Source: a virus (lineage: Duplodnaviria > Caudoviricetes). Taken from it: DNA of 64,000 nt. Position numbers and translations under genes: made by a program. The DNA lies in the IMG/VR virus record IMGVR_UViG_3300029928_000009, positions 1 to 64,000 of that record, one strand, 5' to 3'. This document shows positions 1 through 9,428 of the stretch, piece by piece; position 1 is the stretch's first letter, and every line of letters begins with the position of its first letter. The notes under the pieces were generated by a model. It was not told where the DNA came from. It did not search any database and was given only the letters and a program-made list of their open reading frames with translations.

Positions 1-110
1 GATTTTGCGTCGTATAAGGCAATCTTTTCATCGGAGTAATTACTTTCTCCGTCAAGCGAACTCAATCTCAATTCCAGATACGCAAGTACTACAGCTTTTA
101 TTTTTTTCAT
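1..110 (-). CDS. Partial hypothetical protein (runs off window start)
   Basis: ATG at 110 overlaps the stop of the preceding leftward gene; frame open to position 1 (MKKIKAVVLAYLELRL...). Confidence 0.5.
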   Translation of the reverse strand, partial: MKKIKAVVLAYLELRLSSLDGESNYSDEKIALYDAK

Positions 111-565
111 TTCCAGTAATCTAATTTAAATTTAGTCGGATGCCCCTTAGTGGGGATAGGGTCTATAATCTCGCATATCAAATAATTACGAAACATCTTC
201 AAATCGTATTCTGTACAACACAATTCAAAGTCTTGTCTATGCGGCTCAGCTCCTATAGGTGTCTTGGTTTGCACTTCAAGTGGCAACTTGTCAAACTCCT
301 TCCAATCCACGTATATGCCTACACATCTTCTGAAATTAAATTCCGAAAAGGGTTCACCGACGAGTAGGAATTGCGGTGTTACTATACCTCTCAATTTGCG
401 AAAATCCCTCTTTGCCTGTTCCAAATCACCGAGTCCGAAACAGAAGCCAATGGCGGTTGACTGACGCCCTAATGCAGCGTGTTCGGTTAAGTTTTGTACC
501 GTTTTCTTACGCATCAGTTTGTTCTTTTCCTTTCCAGACATGTATCTGTATATCTGCTTATTCAT
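107..565 (-). CDS. Hypothetical phage protein, 152 aa
   Basis: ORF tightly coupled within the leftward operon. Confidence 0.7.
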   Translation of the reverse strand: MNKQIYRYMSGKEKNKLMRKKTVQNLTEHAALGRQSTAIGFCFGLGDLEQAKRDFRKLRGIVTPQFLLVGEPFSEFNFRRCVGIYVDWKEFDKLPLEVQTKTPIGAEPHRQDFELCCTEYDLKMFRNYLICEIIDPIPTKGHPTKFKLDYWK

Positions 566-837
566 TCCACGTAATCGTCATAAATGGTTAATGTATCAAC
601 TCCCACTATCACTTCGCCCACAAGGTCTATGAACTGCATGAGCTCTGTAAGTCCCGAAATGGAAAGTATGGCTTCGTCGTAACATTCCGTATTTAGCCTT
701 AGTCTGCTGCTGTAATACACTTTGGTTCCTTCTTCAGTTCTCACCTTGAACCCTGCATCTTCGATAAGACAGAGCATGTCTGTCGTTATGGCTGCATCGG
801 CTGCCACGCTCGCCTGTTTTAATATAAAGTTCTTCAT
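562..837 (-). CDS. Hypothetical protein, 91 aa
   Basis: Stop/start overlap with the next gene. Confidence 0.65.
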   Translation of the reverse strand: MKNFILKQASVAADAAITTDMLCLIEDAGFKVRTEEGTKVYYSSRLRLNTECYDEAILSISGLTELMQFIDLVGEVIVGVDTLTIYDDYVE

Positions 838-919
838 AATTCTTTGTCTTTATTCCCTCCCGACAGGGCGCAGTACAGAAAGAGTACTGCTGCTATCAGG
901 AAGATAATTAGTAATGTTT

Positions 920-1519
920 TCATTTTTTCTGTGGGTAAAGTTCCTCGTTAACATTATGTAGAGTAATATTCGGAATGGTGTGGGTTTCTGGGTCCAGCCC
1001 ATTCTTACGACAATAGATTTTCCAAGCTTCGATACCGTGGGGGCGCTTCATTTCCTCCTCACGCTTACGTGCTTCCTCTTCGGCTTGGCGCTTCTCTTCG
1101 GCAATACCCCTTGCAGAAAGCAAATCCTTTTCGAATTCAGAAAGAGACATCATAATATCTTGCGGATTGACGGTATCACCTCCGTATAGCTTTCTGTATT
1201 CACCATTGGTGAAAGCGACAAAGAAAAAGTCAAGCTCAGCAGGTGTCATGTAGTAGAACTTATCACAGATGCGCTGAGCCAGCATTTTAACTTGATAATC
1301 TGTAATTTTGCCAAAAGCGCCAAGATAAGTAAAAACCTCGATAAGTTTCTTCTTAATCCAAAACGCCAGTTCTTCCGGTCTTTGCTTACGTATAGAACTG
1401 ATAGCCCTTTGGTTGCGCCCCACTGCATCGGAAAGAGAAGTAGGCGGCAGATATTTATTCTGCGCCAAGTATTCTTGCTGCTTTTTCTGCAAGCTGTTGC
1501 GTCCTTCTTGATTCGTCAT
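920..1519 (-). CDS. DUF6633-like putative helicase-loader/replication accessory protein
   Basis: Motif TPAELDFFF..F..GEY.KLYG...NPQ.IM resembles Bacteroides phage DUF6633; follows a replisome-organiser-like gene. Confidence 0.5.
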   Translation of the reverse strand: MTNQEGRNSLQKKQQEYLAQNKYLPPTSLSDAVGRNQRAISSIRKQRPEELAFWIKKKLIEVFTYLGAFGKITDYQVKMLAQRICDKFYYMTPAELDFFFVAFTNGEYRKLYGGDTVNPQDIMMSLSEFEKDLLSARGIAEEKRQAEEEARKREEEMKRPHGIEAWKIYCRKNGLDPETHTIPNITLHNVNEELYPQKK

Positions 1520-1892
1520 TTCCCTTAAATATTATTTCATCGTTCCAACATTCGCCGTTAAGATACGTGAGAGGATCCTTGCGGTAATTCTTATCACTTG
1601 TTGCTTGAACATAAGCCGGAGTTGCTTTCATGCAGGCAATCTTTTGGCTCGCTGAAAGTCTATTCCATTTTGCTTCCGATTTCTTGCGACCACGTTTTTT
1701 GTCGTAAACATTCCACCAATCAGAAAAAGCCGGGACTTTGCCGACAGGTTCCTCAGTAATGAAAATATCGACTTGTTTATAGAACTTCCCATTAATCACC
1801 CATTGGGCACCAGTGATAAAAGCCTCTTGCAAGTCTTTCCTGTCTGGAGCATATTCTTTTGCCTTCTTAGGGGCATCATTTAAATCCATCAT
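1455..1892 (-). CDS. Replisome-organiser C-terminal-like protein
   Basis: F.DWWNVYDKKRGRKKSEAKW...RKDPLTYLNGECWNDE is typical of phage initiator C-terminal domains. Confidence 0.6.
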   Translation of the reverse strand: MMDLNDAPKKAKEYAPDRKDLQEAFITGAQWVINGKFYKQVDIFITEEPVGKVPAFSDWWNVYDKKRGRKKSEAKWNRLSASQKIACMKATPAYVQATSDKNYRKDPLTYLNGECWNDEIIFKGNDESRRTQQLAEKAARILGAE

Positions 1893-2097
1893 ATTTAATT
1901 GGTTTAATCAGTATATCGTTAAGCGTTCTGCTGTAAGAGAGTCTCTTCTCCTCCAATAAGGAGTTAAGGCTCTCCGACAGGTCTTTTTGAACGGCATTTT
2001 TCAATCTCGAATAAAGAACACCCTGCGGAACATGGTTCTCATCGGGCATCAAGTCTTTAATCTTCTTGACGATGTAGCCATTAAAGTCTCCATTCAT
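1876..2097 (-). CDS. Small putative winged-helix protein
   Basis: 73-aa ORF in operon, helical with basic patch. Confidence 0.5.
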   Translation of the reverse strand: MNGDFNGYIVKKIKDLMPDENHVPQGVLYSRLKNAVQKDLSESLNSLLEEKRLSYSRTLNDILIKPIKYDGFK

Positions 2098-2101
2098 AAC
2101 T

Positions 2102-2416
2102 TTAGAAAGGAAGTTCAGACTTCTCCTCCTCAGAAAGAGAAGGCGCAGAATTAATTTCTTCGGCGGTAGGCTTATCGGGAGCTTTTTCCTGCCACTCCTT
2201 TAGGTCGCCGATAATAAATTTGTTGCGCTCCTCTTGAGGAGTACCCTTTGGGGCGGTGCTAATGAAATGAGTATCACCGAACTGGGAAGGCGATTTGCGC
2301 TTAGTAACAGTAACATTGAGGAAAAGATGAGTAGAGCCATCCTTCATCTTAACACTCTTAATAAGATTCTTGTCAATCTTAGACAGGTCTATGCTGCCAA
2401 TCATAAAATCACTCAT
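2102..2416 (-). CDS. Putative single-stranded DNA-binding protein (Bacteroidota phage type)
   Basis: Beta-rich N-terminus (GSIDLSKI..., FLNVTV) and acidic C-terminal tail ending ELPF. Confidence 0.6.
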   Translation of the reverse strand: MSDFMIGSIDLSKIDKNLIKSVKMKDGSTHLFLNVTVTKRKSPSQFGDTHFISTAPKGTPQEERNKFIIGDLKEWQEKAPDKPTAEEINSAPSLSEEEKSELPF

Positions 2417-3216
2417 AAGTATTTTTTTAAATTTAGATCAAGTTCTTTAGCGATCTCGTCCGGGTCGAGATTATTTTTGTCAAATGCCTTTTTTGCACAT
2501 TCGTTGAGCATTCTCCGGTCTTGCCCCTTCTTGGCGACAATCTCGCCAGCGAGCTGAAAGTCGTGAGACATTCCGACTTCCTTAGCCAGATCGTCAGAAA
2601 CGACAGCCCTCGTAACAAAATCCCATTTCTCCCGAATATCCTGCAAGTCAGCAAAGCGGTATTGTTTGCGAAGGTCAACACCGTAAACCTTACGCTGCAA
2701 GTTGAAGTAATCATCAAACCATACTGCACTCGTGGCAAGCATGCCTTGAGCAGCGGCAATATAAGAAATGGTATTGCGGTGGGGCACGTTCAATCTTGTC
2801 AAGACCGCAAGGATAGAGAGCCGGAGCATATCAATATGAGGCTGCATGACGGACTGATAATTGTCAGCCATATCAAGATATATCTGTATGCGCTTTTTAT
2901 CCGGAAGTTCCGAAAACAAAGACTGTTCATACATTTTAAACCCTTTCATTGCGAGGTTTGCCCATTTCTTAACTTCCCTTTTGTACAAAGGAGACTGGCG
3001 CAGAGAATTATATGCGTCAAAAAGAGCGAACCCGGCAAGATCGTTGATACAGTATATGATAGTAGACATGTTGCGTTTTGCCGCTATCGCACGAGCCACT
3101 TTATCAATAGCCATGTTATATTCAATACGCTTGCAAAGCTGCTGCTTGGTTGTGGTGGAGAAAGTAACACCCGTTCTCTCCGGCATCGGTGGAATTTCAA
3201 TTGATGCAGTAGGCAT
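2413..3216 (-). CDS. Hypothetical protein, 267 aa
   Basis: Long ORF overlapping both neighbours in the operon. Confidence 0.7.
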   Translation of the reverse strand: MPTASIEIPPMPERTGVTFSTTTKQQLCKRIEYNMAIDKVARAIAAKRNMSTIIYCINDLAGFALFDAYNSLRQSPLYKREVKKWANLAMKGFKMYEQSLFSELPDKKRIQIYLDMADNYQSVMQPHIDMLRLSILAVLTRLNVPHRNTISYIAAAQGMLATSAVWFDDYFNLQRKVYGVDLRKQYRFADLQDIREKWDFVTRAVVSDDLAKEVGMSHDFQLAGEIVAKKGQDRRMLNECAKKAFDKNNLDPDEIAKELDLNLKKYL

Positions 3217-3508
3217 GCGCTTGCTCCTCCTTAGCTTCGTTAATCATCTGTGCGGTGTCGAGCTTTTGTTGCAGCTCATAATTCTTTTTATTCAAAGCAT
3301 CACGCTCGGAACGGGCTTGTCCAATAAGTACGATACTTGTAACGATAGAGAAGACCAAGGTTCCCAACACATAAAAATATGGGTAACGCTTGACGCTGGA
3401 GTTAAACATGGAACACAAAGCATAGCCGATATTGGCTACACCTTTAATGAAATATCTGCTGCCTTCTTTAAGGCGCTCTACCGGAGTGAGGTTTTCTATA
3501 TTCTTCAT
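3197..3508 (-). CDS. Single-pass membrane/coiled-coil protein
   Basis: Hydrophobic segment YFYVLGTLVFSIVTSIVLIG followed by heptads. Confidence 0.65.
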   Translation of the reverse strand: MKNIENLTPVERLKEGSRYFIKGVANIGYALCSMFNSSVKRYPYFYVLGTLVFSIVTSIVLIGQARSERDALNKKNYELQQKLDTAQMINEAKEEQAHAYCIN

Positions 3509-3521
3509 ATTCCTGTAATTT

Positions 3522-3956
3522 TTAAATCATAGATTCATTACGTTCAATCTCCCGTTCACACCATTTTATACTAACGGTATCGTCGGGATCGGGGATTTCA
3601 ATGCCGCCAATGGAAGCCCACGCCATAAAATTGCGGATAGCCGAGGACATTTCAGAAGACGAGAGGTCGGCAGACGAACGGAAGGTCTTGATTTCCTTGC
3701 CCAATCTATTGACCTTTGTCCGTTTGAAGATTTGAGGACATGCCTGTCGTTTCATGTATATCTCAGAAGCTTCAGTTTCAGTGCATCCATATTGTAGCGC
3801 AAAGTAGCGGAGCATGAAGTGGTAGAAGCGGTTTTGCGGAGAAGTACGCTGTTTCCTCGGTTTACGTATCTCAATTTTCGCCTTTTCATTACAGGCTTTT
3901 TCAAAAACCTCAGAAGCAGCGAGGAAATCGCGAGGGTCGTTAAGGTCGTAAATCAT
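3522..3956 (-). CDS. NinB-like recombination protein
   Basis: KIEIRK..KQRT.PQNRFYH...T.DLSS.EMS pattern of the NinB family. Confidence 0.6.
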   Translation of the reverse strand: MIYDLNDPRDFLAASEVFEKACNEKAKIEIRKPRKQRTSPQNRFYHFMLRYFALQYGCTETEASEIYMKRQACPQIFKRTKVNRLGKEIKTFRSSADLSSSEMSSAIRNFMAWASIGGIEIPDPDDTVSIKWCEREIERNESMI

Positions 3957-3961
3957 ATAGC

Positions 3962-4189
3962 TTACAGATTAAATGGAGGTTGAGTGTTGCGGATTCTCTG
4001 GAAAATGTTTCTACCCACAAGAGCCTTGATATATGCTTTAAGGTTGGCATTCTCTTTTCTGTATTTGCTAATAAGAGCTTCATGAGCTTTCAAGTCGTCT
4101 TTATACTGGGCAGCTTGCACACCTATGATGTGGCGGAGGCGCTGGACTTCTGATAAATCCTCTTCGGGTTTTGTTTTTTGTTTAGTCAT
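3962..4189 (-). CDS. Hypothetical coiled-coil protein
   Basis: 75-aa ORF in operon. Confidence 0.55.
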   Translation of the reverse strand: MTKQKTKPEEDLSEVQRLRHIIGVQAAQYKDDLKAHEALISKYRKENANLKAYIKALVGRNIFQRIRNTQPPFNL

Positions 4190-4192
4190 ATC

Positions 4193-4912
4193 TTATAGAT
4201 TTATTGTTAGATTCTTTTCAGCGATAAAAGTAGGCACCGCAAAACGGGATGCTGTGCGAGTCTTAAACTGCGCTGCATCAGAATTGCGTGATGAGAGATG
4301 TATGAGCACAATGTTTTTGCTTTTCTCGGCATGACATCTGCCAAGATTGAGCAGACAGTTGTCAAGAGACATGTGAGAAACCATAAGACGTTTTCGCTGA
4401 CCGCAGTCAATCTTTCCCTTACGGACATTCTCTTTGAGAATATCATCGGAATAATTAGCCTCGATTAGGAAATGGTCAACATTTTGGAACTCGTAAGGAA
4501 GAGTATATGTATCGGTGGCGAATAACAGCGTTCCCATATCTTTATGGTGGACGATAAACCCAAAGTTCGGGACATCGTGCTTAACCTCGAAAGGAGTAAC
4601 ACGGAAAGAGCCGAAACTATAAGTCCTGCTTTCCTGCATGATTATCGGGTATAAAAGTCCGACCTTCTTATTTGCCACGTCTTGATTACACCCGATACGA
4701 ATACCAAGTTTAGAATAAGCCGTAGCATAGAGGGAGTGATCGCCATGAGCATGGGAAACGACACACCCGCTAATGGCATTCACTCGATAGTCGACACCTT
4801 TAATCATTTCCTTAGCCTTGACACCAGCCTCGATTAGGAAAATCTCACCATCATCGGAAATGAGAGCATACCCATTCCCGGATGATGATGAGCCAAGAAT
4901 ATGAAGTTTCAT
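4193..4912 (-). CDS. Metallo-beta-lactamase-fold nuclease/hydrolase
   Basis: MKLHILGSSSSGN start, SHAHGDH, HD, TDT and EANY motifs; start at 4912 couples to the recT stop. Confidence 0.85.
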   Translation of the reverse strand: MKLHILGSSSSGNGYALISDDGEIFLIEAGVKAKEMIKGVDYRVNAISGCVVSHAHGDHSLYATAYSKLGIRIGCNQDVANKKVGLLYPIIMQESRTYSFGSFRVTPFEVKHDVPNFGFIVHHKDMGTLLFATDTYTLPYEFQNVDHFLIEANYSDDILKENVRKGKIDCGQRKRLMVSHMSLDNCLLNLGRCHAEKSKNIVLIHLSSRNSDAAQFKTRTASRFAVPTFIAEKNLTINL

Positions 4913-5826
4913 CAGATAGGGCACTCTTCAACGTTTTCCTTAATCTCCTCGACCTGCGCTTCCTCAACCGCCTGAACGTCAAAGACAGGTTTGGCTTCGG
5001 TATTTTCCTCGTCACGCTGAGCGACAGGGGTATCGCTTTCGTCTTCGGAAAGAGCATTCATCATTTCGATAGAGAGATATCCATACTTGCCGAGAAGGCG
5101 GCGAAGAACGGTTTTTATCGCCATTGAATTAAAATCACCTTCCCATCCAATCTTTCCACTTGGTCCATTGACAGCTTGGTCGTTAGCCATATCGCACAAC
5201 TGGTCAATAGAAGGAAGTGGGTTCTTCTCTGTGTTCCGTTTAAATGTTGGCGAGTATTTGAGAGCGTAGTTCGCCATATCATTAAGCGACATGAAGAGAG
5301 TTTTCTTGAAGCCGTTGATGGTTTCAAAATGCGCAAAGTAGCCCTCAACCCTTTCAGAGGTTTTATCACCCGACAAGTCGATAGCTCCCGACAATTTATC
5401 CTTGCCTTTCAACTCTCCCTCGTACACAATATCAGCATTAATGTTGCGATACTGACCGGAACGTAGTGCAAGCTGGAGCAATCCTTTCCACCCGAGAATG
5501 AGGGTAGGGGTAGGAACGGCTTTCCTTGCCACCTTATCCCAGTTGTTGTAAACGACAATGTAAGCATACCCTAACTGCTTGTTGAGCGGAAGTTTCAAGG
5601 TTGCAGCCTTGATAGCCTCCTGTACGACTTTCTTCTGGTCGCACTTTTGGAGTTGGGTGTCGTTGGTGAACACCTCGACAAGAGAAGTGGCAAATGTGCC
5701 GGAGTTCTTGCCTAAAACCTGTTTGAGCTGGTTTTGAACATAGTTGCCGTTAACAGAGTTTGTGAACGACATGACAGCCTGTTGCGCAGGAGTCAATGCT
5801 TTTTTAGTAGTTACTGCTGTTTCCAT
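4912..5826 (-). CDS. recT: RecT-family single-strand annealing protein
   Basis: AATLKLPLNKQLGYAYIVVY, LILGWKGLLQLALRSGQY, MAIKTVLRRLL motifs; acidic tail. Confidence 0.9.
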   Translation of the reverse strand: METAVTTKKALTPAQQAVMSFTNSVNGNYVQNQLKQVLGKNSGTFATSLVEVFTNDTQLQKCDQKKVVQEAIKAATLKLPLNKQLGYAYIVVYNNWDKVARKAVPTPTLILGWKGLLQLALRSGQYRNINADIVYEGELKGKDKLSGAIDLSGDKTSERVEGYFAHFETINGFKKTLFMSLNDMANYALKYSPTFKRNTEKNPLPSIDQLCDMANDQAVNGPSGKIGWEGDFNSMAIKTVLRRLLGKYGYLSIEMMNALSEDESDTPVAQRDEENTEAKPVFDVQAVEEAQVEEIKENVEECPI

Positions 5827-7812
5827 TTATTTTATAGTTAAAGTTTCTTCTTCGGACACGAACAGTCGTATCTGCTGCCCCTCGGAAGGAATGAAATTTT
5901 CTGTATTAATACTTTCTGCGTTATCTATAATGATAGGCGCTGACACTTGATAAAACTTTGCAATTGCATTGCATATATCAATACCTGCCATGATGTACCC
6001 GGCAGAGTTAAGTCCGTCATTAGCTTCTGTCCCCTTGAAAAGACATTCGCAATATGGCTCCCGAGTGCCATTAACAAGAGTGCGAAACATCTTCCACTTC
6101 ACAAGAGAGAAGTGCTTGTTGATACGAGATTCAAGTAGGTTGTCAGCCCTTTTGGAGTATTCAATGGTAACATCTTCCCTGCGCTCCAAATCGGCAAGCT
6201 GCTGAGCCAAGTCGGTGTTCTCTTTCTTGATACCATCGATAAGAGAACATCCCTTTTCGTATTGAAGTTTCTCGGCAAGCAAGGCGGTAAGCCTTTTTAC
6301 CTCTTCTTTGTCTTTAGTCAAGTCAATCTTTTCATCCGTTTCGTCAGTCTTGCCCTTGGGTTCATCAATATCGGCGACCTCCATATATTCTGCCCTTAGC
6401 TTTTCGATAGCTTTTCCGGCATCAATATATGCGTCGTCAGCTCGGAGCATATCAAGGTAAACCTCATCGGGATAAGGCTTAACCTCTTTGAGTTTCTTGC
6501 TTCGGGCTTCAAACGAATTCATGACTTCGACAGACTGGTTTATAGTTTTTTCGCCAGAACTTATTATATCCTCGCTCTCGATCTTCTGTTTTTTAATTTC
6601 GCCAGCAAGTTTCCTAAGAGCAGCCAAATCGTCAGCCTTCTTTAGGTTGAAGTCGTCTTTTGCTTTCTGTATTATCTTTTCGATTTGTTCAGGAGGGAGT
6701 TCCTGTCCACAAGTCGGGCATACGTGAACATCGGGGGCGGAGAACTTTCGGTTTTGCACCTCTGCCCATTTTTTGCGGACGTCCAGGGTGTCTTTGTCGC
6801 AGCGTTGGAGTATTGCTTTATTCTCCGTTATGCTGCTATTCGCAGCAATGATTGCGTTTTGATACGGGAGGGCATCTTTCTGAATACTACCCAGTTCCCT
6901 TTGCGCTTTTTCATAGACATTACGAGCTTCCTCAACCTTCCCCTTGTAGAGCACCTCGATAACAGATTTTCTTTCCTCTTGTACCTTCTGCATCTTTCTT
7001 ATCTTTTCGTCAATATCGATGCGTCTTCGCTGTTCGGGGGGTAACTTCTGCCGCTCGGTAACCTTATCTATATAGTCTTGGAGCTCCTTTATCTTTTCTT
7101 CGGCAGAATCCCAGTCTTGCTTTTGAGGTAAGGCTTTTTCCTGTTCGGCAATGCGAACGGGTATCATATCAAGCTTCTTCTTGATCTCTCTTGTTAGAAA
7201 TTTAAGATGCTTGGTGTATTCTTCAATTGATTGCTTTTCGAGTTCAGAAATCAATCCGTCAAATTTACTATCTCCGCCAGTTATTTCCTCTTTAGAAATA
7301 TCTCCGGCAAGACTTTGCAGAAAACTTCTCTTCTCTTGCCATGAGAGAGAAAGAAAGTATGTTGGCGAAGTTATACATTTGAACACCGTTTCCTCGATGA
7401 ACGTGCCGACAAAGACAGAGAAGTTGGTAGACGAAACGAGCTCGCCATCAACATAACATTCTTGATAGTTGCCGGAGAATACTGTTTCAGCCTGTCCTCT
7501 TGGTTTAGTCCATTTCTCTTTAAGCGACCTTTTCAATGTACGTTCCACACCATCAACTACGATAACAAGCTCAACGAAATGCTCCAGTTTCGGAATATCG
7601 TTACCTTGTTCATCATGCGTTTTCAAGGCAAAAGTTGTTCTATACAGGTGGTCCTTATTGAACAAGCACCACATGATAGCGTCAAGAATGGTAGTCTTGC
7701 CCGACTCGTTGCGTCCGAAGATGTTGGTGACTCCATCGCTGAAAGCCATTGTAAAGGTCCGGAAAGCCTTGAAGTTGGCAAGAGTAATCCGTTTGAATTT
7801 AATACTCTTCAT
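5827..7812 (-). CDS. SMC/Rad50-like AAA ATPase
   Basis: Walker A GRNESGKT, long coiled coil, CPTCGQ zinc hook, signature LNSAG, Walker B IIIDNAE. Confidence 0.9.
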   Translation of the reverse strand: MKSIKFKRITLANFKAFRTFTMAFSDGVTNIFGRNESGKTTILDAIMWCLFNKDHLYRTTFALKTHDEQGNDIPKLEHFVELVIVVDGVERTLKRSLKEKWTKPRGQAETVFSGNYQECYVDGELVSSTNFSVFVGTFIEETVFKCITSPTYFLSLSWQEKRSFLQSLAGDISKEEITGGDSKFDGLISELEKQSIEEYTKHLKFLTREIKKKLDMIPVRIAEQEKALPQKQDWDSAEEKIKELQDYIDKVTERQKLPPEQRRRIDIDEKIRKMQKVQEERKSVIEVLYKGKVEEARNVYEKAQRELGSIQKDALPYQNAIIAANSSITENKAILQRCDKDTLDVRKKWAEVQNRKFSAPDVHVCPTCGQELPPEQIEKIIQKAKDDFNLKKADDLAALRKLAGEIKKQKIESEDIISSGEKTINQSVEVMNSFEARSKKLKEVKPYPDEVYLDMLRADDAYIDAGKAIEKLRAEYMEVADIDEPKGKTDETDEKIDLTKDKEEVKRLTALLAEKLQYEKGCSLIDGIKKENTDLAQQLADLERREDVTIEYSKRADNLLESRINKHFSLVKWKMFRTLVNGTREPYCECLFKGTEANDGLNSAGYIMAGIDICNAIAKFYQVSAPIIIDNAESINTENFIPSEGQQIRLFVSEEETLTIK

Positions 7813-7815
7813 ATC

Positions 7816-8268
7816 CTATTTAATTTGGTAGGCAAACTGCCTGGTTAGTTTCTTGTATGTTGCAGCAATCTCCTCCAGCTCGAAGGTGGAAAGCTTGCAG
7901 GTGCGGTTCTTTGCTGCTTCAAGAGCAAGGAGATTTTTTTCGCCTATTTTAAGATACAAGCCTTTGCGGTAGTTATAGATATTACCCTCGTCGAAGCGGT
8001 TGCAGTGCCGACACTGAGCATTGCAGTTTTCCTCCGAATACCTTAAAGCCATGTGGCGGCGGTTGATGTAATGACCGCAATCAGCCTGTTCTATGGGTAG
8101 AGTGCGCCCGCATGAGATACATTTAAAAGCCTTACCGTAGTAGGCTTGTGCGTCCCGTGTTCTTATATATAGCGAGAAAGCATCATCGGCTTTCTTCATT
8201 GCCCGTGAGCGTTCGTTTGAACCAACTTGCTGTAATTTTTTTGCTTTCTTTTTTGTTATCCTGTACAT
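7816..8268 (-). CDS. ninG: NinG/Rap-like Holliday-junction nuclease
   Basis: CISCG, DCGHY, NCNAQCRHCNRF zinc/HNH-like pattern. Confidence 0.8.
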   Translation of the reverse strand: MYRITKKKAKKLQQVGSNERSRAMKKADDAFSLYIRTRDAQAYYGKAFKCISCGRTLPIEQADCGHYINRRHMALRYSEENCNAQCRHCNRFDEGNIYNYRKGLYLKIGEKNLLALEAAKNRTCKLSTFELEEIAATYKKLTRQFAYQIK

Positions 8269-8417
8269 ACTGCTTTGTATTTAGCTGACAAGATATGGAT
8301 CTTGCGCATGTGCAGTTCTAACTGCAAGAGGGAGCAGGTCTCTATGTTCTGCATGATGAAATCATACTCCTCATCGATACGCAACATTATCTCTTGTTGT
8401 GGATTAAGTTCTATCAT
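8256..8417 (-). CDS. Small hypothetical protein, 53 aa (below ORF-track cutoff)
   Basis: Hand-translated MIELNPQQEIMLRIDEEYDF...VCTG*, overlapping the ninG start. Confidence 0.5.
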   Translation of the reverse strand: MIELNPQQEIMLRIDEEYDFIMQNIETCSLLQLELHMRKIHILSAKYKAVCTG

Positions 8418-8489
8418 TCGATGTAAAAACCCCTGTCTGCCCTGTTATGAAACAGACAGAGGAAAACAAAATACTAAATTAAAGAATGT

Positions 8490-8566
8490 GGGCGCATGCG
8501 GAGTCGAACCGCCAGCAAAGACATGGCTTCAGTATTGTTATAGATGTGCTGTACCCTTTTGCGCCC
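8490..8566 (-). ncRNA. Degenerate tRNA-like element 1
   Basis: 7-bp acceptor stem GGGCGCA/TGCGCCC and T-arm GCGG-TTCGACT-CCGC; no canonical D or anticodon arm. Confidence 0.5.
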
Positions 8567-8670
8567 GAAAGGCTTGTCCTCGCGGATTTGCCTATAATGA
8601 AGGATTTCTAACCTATAAAAAACAAAAAGCACCGCCGTGCAATTCAACTCAATATAAAGAACATTCTAAA

Positions 8671-8747
8671 TGGTGGAGCTGTGGGATTTGAACCCACTCG
8701 TATTCCGATTTTGCCATCCCTTACCATGTGGCGATGGTACCGCTCCA
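8671..8747 (-). ncRNA. Degenerate tRNA-like element 2
   Basis: TGGAGC/GCTCCA stem, T-arm GTGGG-TTCAAAT-CCCAC, 3' CCA, 6-bp hairpin TACCAT/ATGGTA in place of the D arm; no proper anticodon arm. Confidence 0.5.
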
Positions 8748-8807
8748 GTTTGAAGCCTCTATTCTCACGAACAAAGACTTCACGGTTATACACAATTTAC
8801 TGAACGT

Positions 8808-8902
8808 GGGTGTGGGCGGACTCGAACCGCCATCATCGGCCTGCCTTTCGAAACAAGATAATTAAGTTAGAGCCTTAGCCTACCAATTAGCTATACACAC
8901 CC
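8808..8902 (-). tRNA. Atypical tRNA/pseudo-tRNA (possible TCT anticodon, very long variable region)
   Basis: GGGTGTG/CACACCC acceptor, D-like TAGCTAATTGGTAGGCTA, T-arm GGCGG-TTCGAGT-CCGCC; 4-bp stem TAAG/CTTA closes loop GCTCTAA. Confidence 0.45.
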
Positions 8903-9224
8903 GGGGCTCACAGCGTTACCTGTGATTTAAGAGCCATGCTCACCAGAGATTATAATAGTATATTATATGTTGCGCTTGTTGTTACATTATGCCAAAGAAC
9001 TGCACTGCGGAAGAATAGTCGCCTTGCCTCTATTTCCTTATGGTTTATACTCGTGTGAGTAAAAGGCTTGCACCGTCCATTCAGTTGGTGGTGTGCCGGG
9101 TCTCGCTCCCCGATGCCAGTCTTTAGCTGTCTGCACACCTAAAATTTAATTATAAAGCATTTAAACAGGGCTGCATCTATTCTCGCGAACCAACACAGAA
9201 CGTTTATCATATGAAAAATTAAGG

Positions 9225-9428
9225 TCATACTGGGAATATGTATCTCGCCTTCCCCGATAGTCCGCTCTTCTCGCATGGTATCTCGCCTTTTCGAGCCTTG
9301 CGCCGGAGCGTTTCGGGTTTGATGCCCAACTGATGGGCTTTTTCCTCTGTGGTGAGAAACTTCTTCATTAGGGGAAGACGCTTATCTAATTCTTCGGCTA
9401 TGATTTGCCGTACTTCGTCTTGTGTCAT
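9225..9428 (-). CDS. Excisionase-like HTH DNA-binding protein
   Basis: FLTTEEKAHQLGIKPETLRRKARKGEIPC resembles MerR/Xis-like HTH_17. Confidence 0.7.
   Translation of the reverse strand: MTQDEVRQIIAEELDKRLPLMKKFLTTEEKAHQLGIKPETLRRKARKGEIPCEKSGLSGKARYIFPV

Noticed and set aside
2521-3532. + strand ORFs of 227 and 223 aa
   Set aside because: Opposite a tightly coupled leftward operon; no motifs recognised
8830-8880. Amber-suppressor (CTA) reading of tRNA-like element 3
   Set aside because: A CTA-centred loop has no pairing stem; only the TCT-centred loop has a 4-bp stem, and even that lacks U33
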